DNA of 61,140 bases, taken from the NCBI GenBank assembly GCA_002269645.1, contig NIVC01004085.1:1-61140 (forward strand), in the 5' to 3' direction. The notes below the pieces were generated by a model, which was given only the letters and a program-made list of their open reading frames with translations, did no database searches and was not told the origin of the DNA. Position numbers and translations under genes: made by a program. Below, in pieces: positions 1 to 10,900 of the stretch (the stretch's first letter is position 1; every line of letters starts with the position of its first letter). Source of the DNA: Macrostomum lignano (Eukaryota).

Positions 1-660
1 AAACATAAAAGAGCCACCATGTCAAACATAGAAGAGCCACCATGTCAAAACATAAAAGTGCCACCATGTCGAACATAAAAGCGCCACCATGAAGAACATT
101 AAAGAGCCACCATGTCAAACATTTAGGAGCCACCATGTCAAACATATATGTGACTTTATGTCAAACATTAAAGAGCCACCATTTCGAACATTAAGGAGCC
201 ACCATGTCGGACATTAAATAGCCACCATGTCAACACATAAAAGAGCTATACCATGAAGAACATTAAAGAGCGCCACTTTGTCGAAACATTAAAGAGCCAC
301 CATGTCAAACAATAAAGAGCCACCATGTCACAACATTTTGGAGCCACCATGTCAAAACATAAAAGTGCCCATCATGTCAAACCTAAAAGAGCCACCATGT
401 CTAACGTAAAAGAGCCACCATGTTAAACATTATAAGAGCCACAATGTCAAACAATAAGGAGCCACCATGTCAAACATAGGAGAACCACCATGTCAAACAT
501 AGAAGAGCCACCATGTCAAACATAGAAGAGCCACCATGTCAAACATAGAAGAGCCACCATGTCAAACATAGAAGAGCCACCATGTCACACATTGAAAGCC
601 ACCGTATCAAACCTAAAGATACACAATTTCAAACGTAAAAGTAAGCGAATTTTAAAGGAG
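1..660. repeat. Tandem minisatellite, ~23-bp unit (AAACATAAAAGAGCCACCATGTC)
   Basis: Directly visible tandem copies with substitutions and indels; the array runs off the window start. Confidence 0.95.
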
Positions 661-699
661 CCACTATAATGCTAAGGAAATCGTCGCACTAGCTACTTA

Positions 700-1135
700 T
701 TGTCTGGTGGATGCTTGCTATTTGGGGATGCCTGCTATCTGGGGATGCTTGCTATCTGGGGGATGCTTGCTATCTGGGGGATGCTTGCTATCTTGGGGAT
801 GCTTGCTATCTGGGGGATGCTTGCTATTTGGGGATGCTATCTATCTGGGGGATGCTTGCTATCTGGGGATGCTTGCTATCTGGGGGTGCTTGCTATCTGG
901 GGATGCTTGCTATCTGGGGGATGCTTGCTATCTTGGGGATGCTTGCTATCTGGGGGATGCTTGCTATCTGGGGATGCTTACTATTTGGGGGATGCTTGCT
1001 ATCTGGGGGATGCTATCTATCTGGGGGATGCTTGCTATCTGGGGATGCTTGCTATCTGGGGGATGCTTGCTATCCGGGGGATGCTTGCAATCTGGGGGAT
1101 GCTTGCTATCTGGGGGATGCTTGCTGTCTTGGAAT
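700..1135. repeat. Tandem minisatellite, ~18-bp unit (TGGGGGATGCTTGCTATC)
   Basis: Visible tandem array; it explains the overlapping spurious ORFs 700/707/711. Confidence 0.95.
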
Positions 1136-1529
1136 GATTTCTTTTTGCATTGCACTTCATTGAGTATTTTGTCTGTTTTCTTTGTGAAGGCTTTATTTGG
1201 CGATCTTTTTGTTACTTGTAGAAGAGCAGAGATTCTATACAGATGCCCGCCAAGGGGGTCGAAGATTGCTAGTAATATCTATTATTTGTTTACTGAAAAT
1301 CTAAAATTATTTATTATTAATCTTTGAAAATATATATTAGTCTAATAAGATTTGAAGTTGGTGAAGGAAAATTTTAAGGCATTCTTAAGTTTTATTAAAT
1401 GTTTTTCATTTTCAATTTGGCATCTTGAATGTAGACCCTGAGTACCAAATAGTACTGCGATTCTGATGCTTGGAAAACACACAGAGATTATATTTCTGCT
1501 TTTTATACTTTACTTAATTTTATTTACAG

Positions 1530-1870
1530 CCGTTGCTCCAATGCAGACGGAGGAGGAAATCCAGGACGGGCCGTGGAGTCTGAAAGATGATGAGGAGCAG
1601 CGACGCAACCGTCGTCGGTCGCACGCGGCGACCTGCTCTCAGCTGCGTCTGGCGGCGCCAGCCGACTGGCCGGGGCTGAAGGCAACAAAGAGAACGCACC
1701 AAATAAAGGCGCTCTGCATGGCATGTCGCGCTAAGCAGCTCACTGAGCACTATGAGGACTGCATTAAATTGTCTGCTGAAGGGAAAATTTCTGCAAAAAA
1801 TGCCTTTGCTCTGCATTTGATTGACTATCTGGATGGCATGGTTAAACAGGAGAACTTTGGCGGCTTCCAG
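1530..1870 (+). CDS. NCAPH: NCAPH exon 1 (acceptor AG at 1528-1529, ATG at 1541); an upstream exon is possible
   Basis: tttatttacag|CC acceptor, CAG|gtgagt donor, N-terminal kleisin helix motif. Confidence 0.88.
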
Positions 1871-4829
1871 GTGAGTGGCATTCGCTTAGAATTTTAAATT
1901 TGTGTTGCTTGTTTTCAGTTGCTGGGCCATGCAGCCTTTAAGATCCTCAGTTGCTGGGCCAGCCTCCCAGATCCTCAGTTGCTGGGCAGCCATTCAGATC
2001 CTCAGTTGCTGGGCCATCAGCCTCCCAGATCCCCAGATGCTGGGCCAGCCTCCCAGATCATCAGTTGCTGAGCCAGCCTCCAGATCCTCAGTTGCTGGGG
2101 CAGCCTACCAGATCCTCAGTTGCTGGCCAGCCTACAAGATCCTCAGTTGCTGGGCCAGCCTCCCAGATCATCAGTTGCTGAGCCAGCCTCCCAGATCCTC
2201 AGTTGCTGGGCCAGCCTCCCAGATCCTCAGTTGCTGGGCCAGCCTCCCAGATCCCAAGTTGCTGGGCCATCAGCTTCCCAGATCCTCAGTTGCTGGGCCA
2301 TCAGCCTCCCAGATCTTCAGTTTCTGAGCCAGCCTCCAGATCCTCAGTTGCTGGGCCAGCCTCCCAGATCTTCAGTTTCTGAGCCAGCCTCCAGATCCTC
2401 AGTTGCTGGGCCAGCCTCCCAGATCCTCAGTTTCTGAGCCAGCCTCCCAGATCTTCAGTTTCTGAGCCAGCCGCCCAGATCCTCAGTTACTGGGCCAGCC
2501 TTATTGTTAATTAAGATGAAGAATTCACAAAAATTGCATAGCAACCAAACTAACGAGTCTCCTGAAATCACCGCCGCAACCGCCAGGTGGCCTCCAGCTC
2601 CCTAGACGCTGGCGCCAAAATCTACGCCGGTCGGGTAGACGCAGTCCACCACGAGGCCTACAAAGTTCTTGGCGGGCTTGGCCGGTCCCAACAACTTCTG
2701 CAGAGAAAAAATCCAATGACAACGACATCAACAGCGACGATGACGGAGGCAACGCTGGCGAGGCCGACGACGATGACGACAGGCCAATGTCGGGCAACAG
2801 GCGCAAAGCTGCGGCCGAACGGAAGCGCCGCCAGAAAGCTGTGATCGCATCTAATCTGGCTCGGATTCGCTTGAAACCGGCCAGTTTGAGATTCGACGTT
2901 GATCCGCTCTTCCAACAGCAGGCGTCCGCTTATGACGATGGCGGCACGGGAGAATTGAGACTCAACAATGTCTACGTGGTTGACAATGCGTGCGAGATTC
3001 TGCTGGATAGCGACGCGTCAGTTTGTATTGGCGCCTGCGAGTCGGCTAATCAAGACGAGTCTTCTTCTTCTAATAAGCAGCAATGCCGATTGGAAGATGT
3101 TGACATTAGTAACCGCTTAGCAACGGTTGCTAATCGCCTTGACAGCAGCGTCCTACAAGAAGAAGACGAAGACGAAGCAAATAATCAGTGGCTCTGCTTT
3201 GCGTTTAGGCGATTTTCTTTCCTACGTAGAAATTGCGGCGGCCTAAACGACCTCACATTCGGCGCGGTGCAGCAGATCAGAGCGCCGTTCTGGCCGATTT
3301 TGTTGCCAGACTGCCGCCGCCAGAGGATGATGATTATCCCGAGCAGCCGCCTGCTGATCACCTAGACGCGGACGATGATCATCACGGCGGATTCATTGAC
3401 GAGTGCACTATGGACGCCGGCGTCGGGATGCAGATCGACATGTGCGGCGAGCGCAATGCTGTGGTGGTTAATACGGCGGATAGTAAATTGGCTGGAGAGA
3501 GCTTGTAAGTACCGATGGCTTCATTAGATTGGCTGGTATTGCTGATGTCAAAATGTATTGTAGCCTAAGGGGGTTGCAGCCTAGGAGTTAAGAGCGTCGA
3601 TCTCACGACTTAAAAGTCGGGAGTTCGATTCCGATCCCACTCGGAACAATTTGCGTCCTCCTTGACCAAGACACTTCACTCTGCATTGCTTCAGTTCACC
3701 CAGCTGTAAAATGGGTGCCAGTATTAGCTGGGGTGATTGAGCGTGTGTGTGGGGAGTGGCGACCCCCCAGTCATTGGACTGAACAGCCGTACGCAGCCTT
3801 TAGACTGCACCGCGCAATAGCTGCGGCTGAACTGTCTGTGTATAGGAGTTTTGTCTATTCTAAATCTAAAAAGACAAATTTGCCATTCTATTAATGAATA
3901 GAATCCAATCATAAAGCATGAACACAAACGGATACCTAAACTATCCGATTTTTAGAAATACGAATTTTCTGTTTCTTAGAAGCATAGGCTATTCGATTCT
4001 TAGAAAAGTGAATTGTTCGATTCTCAGAAACTTACAGTTAACGTCGCGATTCCCAAAATAACAATTTTATCCGTTTATAAGAAGAAAATGCGGGATTCTT
4101 AGAATTTTTAGTGATCCAATTTTAAAAAAACACGAATTTCGTTTCTAAGAAATTTAAGCTATCCGATTCTTAAAAACAAAAAATACAAGGTTTCTACGAA
4201 CATTAAACAACCAGTTCTTAGAAAAAGGAATTACCCCGATTTTTAGACACAAGAATTAACAATTCTTAGAAACATAAACTGTCTGATTCTTAGAAATAGA
4301 AACTTTTTGATTCTTAATAATAACAAGCTGTTGAAACCCGCGGATTTTGAACCCGGGGAATTTCAATCCCCGAACTATTTTTGCATGTATTCTAAAATCT
4401 GAGGTCTAACTCAAACAAAAACTTGTTAATAGTTACGAAAGAGTTAAACATAAAATAGAGTACACATTTGTGTAAAATTAGGATTTGAGGCAAACATTGA
4501 TATTGTTGGCTAGGGTGCTGCGCAGAATGTCAGGCAAACTCTGGCAGTCTGGCTGGCCTCTGTATCTGCCTCTCTGTCTCCCTATGCCCCTTGGATCCTT
4601 TGAAATTTCTATCTTCTCTTCTGTTTCTTCTCTTCTCTCTCGTCTCTTGTCTCTTCCTTCTCTTCTCTTCTCACTCCTTACTCTACCCTTTCAACACTTC
4701 CTTCATCTACTCCTCTCCCCTTTCTCATCTCTTCTCTCAACTCTCTCCTCTCCTCTCTCCACTCTCTCCTCTCATCTCTTTCCTCACCTCTTTTCTCTCT
4801 TATCTCTTCCCATTACTCTCTGGTTGCTT

Positions 4830-4914
<85 letters not shown>

Positions 4915-7900
4915 TCTCTCCTGTCTCATCTGTCTTCTCTCTAATCTTTCCCCTCTTTCCTCTCCTCTCTCATCCTTTCCCCTCTTTCCCTGTCCTCTCG
5001 ATTCTCTCCCCTCCCCTCCCCTCCTCTTCCTCACTCACTTCTCTCTCCCCTTGTCTCACCTCTCCTCTTTTCTCTCTACTCTCCCATCTCTCGTCTGTTC
5101 ACTCTTGTTTCTGCTCTCTTATCTCCCCTCTCTCATCTGTCATTACTCTCTTATACTCGTGTGTTCTCTCACCTCTCTCCTCTGTACTCTTCTTTTTCCC
5201 TCTTTTGACTCCTCTCTTTTCTTTCTCCTTTCTTCTCTTCTCTTCTCTTCCCTCTTCTATACTCTCTCCCTCTCTTGTCTTCTCTCTTCTCTCTCCACAC
5301 TTCTCTCTCCACTCTCCTCTCTTCTCTCATAATATCGTCTGTTCACTCTCACCTTTGCTCTCTCATCCCCCTTTCTCCTCTGTCATCTCTACTCTCCTCT
5401 CTCCTGTGTACTCTTCTCTTTCCCCTCTTGTATACTCTCTCCCCTCTATTCTCTTCTCCCGTCTCTCTGCACTCTGCTCTCTCTTCCTTCATCTCTCATC
5501 TCTACTCTCTCATCTTTCCTTTCATCTCTCCCATCTCTATAATCTCATCTCTTTCATCTCTCCTCCTCTTTCCTTTACTCTTCCCTTCCATCCCTTCTTT
5601 CTCAACTCTCTTCTCACTCCTCTCTCCCCCTCTTATCTACTCTCTTCCCTACCCTCTCTAATCTCTCCTCTCGATCCTCTCTCATCTTCTCTCTGTTCTC
5701 TCATCTCTACTCTCTTATCACTCTTCTCTACTCTCCTCACCCATCGATCCTCTGTCTCATCTCTCCCCTCTTCTCTCTCCCTCTTCTCACCTTTACTATT
5801 TCCTCTCCCTCCTCTCTCCCCTCCTCTTGCTTCTTCCTCCCATATACTCTGCTGTCTACTCTCTCCTTACCCCTCGTCTCTCCTATTATCGTCTATCTTA
5901 TAGCCTCTTCACTGGGGCAGAGAGAATTCAAGTTGTTCGAAAGTTCGAAACACTACATTGTTGCATGCACACTGACCCTGGTATGGGGAAATGAGTGAGA
6001 GGCTTGCTCTCTTTCTGCTGTACTGTACTGCACTGAATCTGGCATTTAAAATTTTTTATTTTAAGTGGCTTAAGTAAAACTTAAGAAATGTTAAAATTTG
6101 CATTTTTTGTTACTTATTCAGTAGAACTATATCTATATCGCTTTTTCAGAGATTTTTTGCTTTTGCAAACTTTTACAAACTGCTGGTTGGCAGGTTGGGC
6201 AAGCTTAGAACAGTTTGGTGAGAAGTTCTAACCAAAGCCTTTTCCACTGTGCTGACTGGGCCGGGGGAGGGGGCGCAGTAAAGTCAAGTTAATTTCCAAA
6301 TCACTATACACTGCTGGCCTACCCCTTTGTTCTGGGGGAATGAGTAAGAGGGAGCGGCCTAACACCAGAAAAAACAGCCAAACTTCTCACGCTTACAGTT
6401 TCTGTTCTGGTAGAGTTACAGAGTTGAGACTTTATAATTAGGCATGCACTCTGCAGCAGTCTAACAACCAAGGAAATACGCATTTCTTAGGAGCCATTTA
6501 AATTTTAAAGTTACCTTATGCGAATCTTAATGTTAAAAGCTTCATGCTCTAACAACAAACTAATTTAGTAAGGATTGCATTGTAATTGTAATCAGTTATT
6601 AATTAATTTTTCGCTATTTTTACAAACCATCCCACATTGTCTTGACTCTTGATTTGCCATCCACTGTTAAACTGCTGCAGACTTGTGTCTATTCAGAGGA
6701 CAGTGGTTTGAATCTCTAGCTAAACTGTCTCTCTTCTCTACGCCTCTCCACTCGCGGGGACAGAGAAGGCTATTAAAAAGTTATTCCAAAACACTGTACA
6801 TTCGCTATGTACATTGAGCCCTATCGCCTGATCCTTCGTCTGGGGAATGAGTTGGATGAGCGGCAAACAACAGAAAAAGCAGACAAACTTCACATGCTTA
6901 CAGTTTCTGTTCTGGTTGAGATACAGAGTTGAGACTTTATATTTGGACAGAGAATGAGTCAATAAAGATTTGTGTCAAGTTTGAAGTCAATCGCTTCACG
7001 TGAAGCAAACGTATGGCAGCCCAAAGTTAGTCATTAAAAAACCTATTTGCACCCTTTGCCCAGATCGGGAAAGAGAGGCAGGAGGGCGGAGGTTGGGGTG
7101 GCTGCCTCGCTGAAAAAAACAGCCTAACTTAAAAAGTGCCCAGCGCCATTCAGGATTAACTTTGAGACTCAAAACTTTACACGATTGTGTCAAAATAGTT
7201 GAAGATTGATTGTGTCAAATTTGAAGAGGATCGGTAGAAGTGGAGCGGCGCTATGGAGGATTAAGTAAAAAAATTGCGCATTTTGAGCAGTTTTTTGTAC
7301 TTTAAGGTAGGAAGACTTGAGTCTAGGAAATTTAAAGGTAGCCTAAGACATTCTCCGTAGTAAGTTTAGGGTGGGTGTAAAGTTTGGTGTCATTTAGTTA
7401 AGCGGTTTGGGAGTCCATAGCGATCAAAATTGTCCACAGACAGACAGACACACAGACAGACAGACAGAGTTTTGATTTTTATATGTAGAGATAATGATAA
7501 TGTTAATAATAGCAATAACTGATTACACCTGCCCTAATGGCCAGATGTGCAACCGAGACAGCTCAGCCACAGCTATTGCGCGGCGCATCTGAAGGCTGCG
7601 TACGGCTGTTCAGTCCAAGGACTGGGGGGTCGCCAACCCTCAATTACCCCAGCTAATGCTGGCACCCATTTTACAGCTGCGTGAACTGAAGCAATGCAGA
7701 GTTTGTGTCTTGCTCAAGGACACAAAGTGTTCCAAGTAGAATCGGGAATCGAACTCCCGACCTTTAAGTCGTGAGTCCGACGCTCTGACCACTAGGCTAA
7801 AAACCCCATTTTTTAAAAGATCAATTATCCAATTCTTAGAAACATGAATTATCCAATTCTTAGAAACATGAATTATCCAATTCTTAGAAACACGAATTAT

Positions 7901-10900
7901 CTGATTCTTAGAAACATGAATCATCTGATTCTTAGAAACACGAATTATCTGATTCTTAGAAATACGAATTATCTGATTCTTAGAAACATGAATTATCTGA
8001 TTCTTAGTTATTGGCCTTAGCGCGATTCCTATTTCTTAGAAAAATAAATCCCCATTCATAACCGATTTCTCAACCGCAGCCATCCGAACGCCAGTAGAAA
8101 TTTTGTGGAAGCAATCCGCGATCTGCTCTCAGATCGCTACGCTCATTTGAGCGCCAACGGCGCCGCTAGCGGCGGCAGTGGAGTCGGCGGCGGCAGAGGT
8201 GTTGGCCGACTTACCGGCGGAGAATTCTTCCGTCTATTCGCCGACCCGGCTAATTGGAAGAGAAAAAAGTGCAAATTAACTGCGCTATTATCGAAAGCGG
8301 CAGCGGCAGCAGAGAAAATTAAAGATGGCGCCATCGCAGGCGCGGCTTGCTCTGCCGCAGCTCCGGCCGCTTCTACAGCTCGCCGACGCCAAGCAGCCAA
8401 AGCCGCCATGGATCAGTTGCTGACTGACAGTCCTGCAGATTGGCGAAAGAAATTAGCTTTATCTAGATCCGGGTTGAAGCTATCCGACACTGTTATTAGC
8501 AGGCATATGCAATCGGAATTTAATTTGCCGCACGTGATTGCGCCTGTTCAATCTGGCGTAGTTGGAGACTTTGCTGGTCGTTGCGTCAGGCAGAACCTGT
8601 TAAATTTGATTGCAGATAATCGGCATTGCTTTCAGAGTGTGAGTCTTGGCTGTTTTTTTAATTATCTCACTTCCGGTTCTTTATTACTTGTATTTTTCAG
8701 CGAATTGTCTTACTCCCGGTCTCTATTATCCATATTTTTAGTGGATTATCTCACTTCCGGTCTCTATTATCCATATTTTTAGTGGATTATCGCACTCCCG
8801 GTCTCAATTATCCATATTTTTCAGTGGATTATCTCACTTCCGGTCTCTATTATCCATATTTTTCAGTGGATTATCTCACTTCCGGTCTCTATTATCTATA
8901 TTTTTCAGTGGATTATCTCACTTCCGGTTTCAATTATCCATATTTTCAGTGGATTATCTCACTCCCGGTCTCTATTATCCATATTTTAGTGGATTATCTC
9001 ACTTCCGGTCTCTATTATCCATATTTTAGTGGATTATCGCACTCCCGGTCTCAATTATCCATATTTTTCAGTGGATTATCTCACTTCCGGTCTCTATTAT
9101 CTATATTTTTCAGTGGATTATCTCACTCCCGGTCTCTATTATCCATATTTTTCAGTGGATTATCTCACTTCCGGTCTCTATTATCTATATTTTTCAGTGG
9201 ATTATCTCACTCCCGGTCTCTATTATCCATATTTTTCAGTGGATTATCTCACTTCCGGTTTCAATTATCCATATTTTCAGTGGATTATCTCACTCCCGGT
9301 CTCTATTATCTATATTTTTCAGTGGATTATCTCACTCCCGGTCTCTATTATCCATATTTTTCAGTGGATTATCTCACTCCCGGTCTCTATTATCCATATT
9401 TTTCAGTGGATTATCTCACTTCCGGTCTTAATTATCCATATTTTCAGTGGATTATCTCACTCCCGGTCTCAACTATCCATATTTTTGAGCAGATTATCTC
9501 TGACTTACTTACTTGACTTAGCTGCAGGACAGTCCGAAGACGCAGCGGGAAGGCGAGAGTCGCCCATTCCGCTAAACCCTGGTGACCCGCTTCGGCAATG
9601 GTGCGGGGCCGGTCAGGGTGGTCCGCCAGTACGTGCTGCAGCATTCTCTTCGTTTGGGAAGAAAGAGGCTCCTCTAGTTGCCCGAAGGGACCGGACGAGC
9701 CGTAAGATGTTCTCAGGTCTACAAACGTCATCAATAGATAGTTTTGGACCGATGTAGTTTAGCCGGTTCCTGGTAAAGAACGGGAATTGACAAACGAAAT
9801 GCTGAGCGTCTTCGTTGTCGTAATCGCAAAATGGGCACAGAAAGCAGTGCCTAGCGAAGCAGCCATGCCCCGTGAGGGTCATAGCAAGAGCCCGGATGTC
9901 CTTCCTGCTTTGGTTCAGGAGGACAGTTCGGAGCTTTCGGGATGGACGAGGGACCGCCGCACGCGATTGGCGGCAGGTAGTGAGGTTCATCCATCTGTCC
10001 CTGTGCAGGGCGGAGGCCCAGGCATCAATGCTACGAATGATGGTGGCCGCAGGGATTGGAGCCAAGGGCAGAGGTCCCTGAAGGGAGCCGCCGCTCCCTT
10101 GCTTTGCTAGCGAGTCGGCTAGCTCGTTTCCAGGGATCCATTTGAGCAGGACAGCATTTCTGCGTCCCAGCGTATTGAGCAAGAGCTAATAGCAAGGACC
10201 TCGTTCTGGAAGACAGTAGAGAGTTTTCGAGTGTGCTGGGCATACGTGGCGAGCACGCGGCCATTGATAAGAATGCAGACCCCAAAGCCGGAGAGACCGT
10301 CTTTTAGGGATCCGTCATTGTAGCAGTGGACCTCCTGGGGATTCCAGTGGTCGTTAGCCTCCTCTCGGGGAGGAAGACTGACCTTGAATCGAAGACAGAG
10401 GTTGAGCGTGCGGGGTTCCCCGTCCGAAACGACGTTGATACCACCACTCTCCTGCAAATCTCTGAGACAGAGGTCGGAGTGAGGCAGAAGCTTGCGCTTA
10501 GCCATTGCCCTCTGGGGCTTGAGAGTAATGCCGGTGTTGATAAGACGCCGGGCAGCCTTGGCCGCCTCACTGCGGACGAAAATTTCCAGCGGAGGCAGGT
10601 CAAGGAAGGCGTTGAGGCCGTCGAATGGAGCAGAGGGCGGGGCGCTCATTATCATTCGACATGCACACCCCTGCACTCGTTTAAGAGCCTCGAAGCAGGT
10701 CTTAATCTTAAGGGCACTCGCCCAGATCACTCCGGCGTAGGAGATCGCCGGCCTGACCATAGCAGTGTAGATCCACCAGAGGCGTTTGGGGTAAGGCCCC
10801 AAGTAGTGCCAACCGCCCTGCGCAGTTGCGCCAGGATCGCGAAGGCCTTTTTAGTCTTGGCATAAAAATACGGGGACCAGTTCAGCCTGTGATCAAGGGT

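Noticed and set aside
2685-2705. A mini-intron fixing the first NCAPH frameshift
   Set aside because: Available GT-AG pairs give 19 or 21 nt (wrong frame, too short), or 41 nt which would delete the conserved VLGGLG.
4485-5903. 472-aa Leu/Ser/Pro-rich ORF and similar ORFs at 20782, 29574 and 31840
   Set aside because: CT-only sequence cannot contain stop codons, so these are compositional artefacts.
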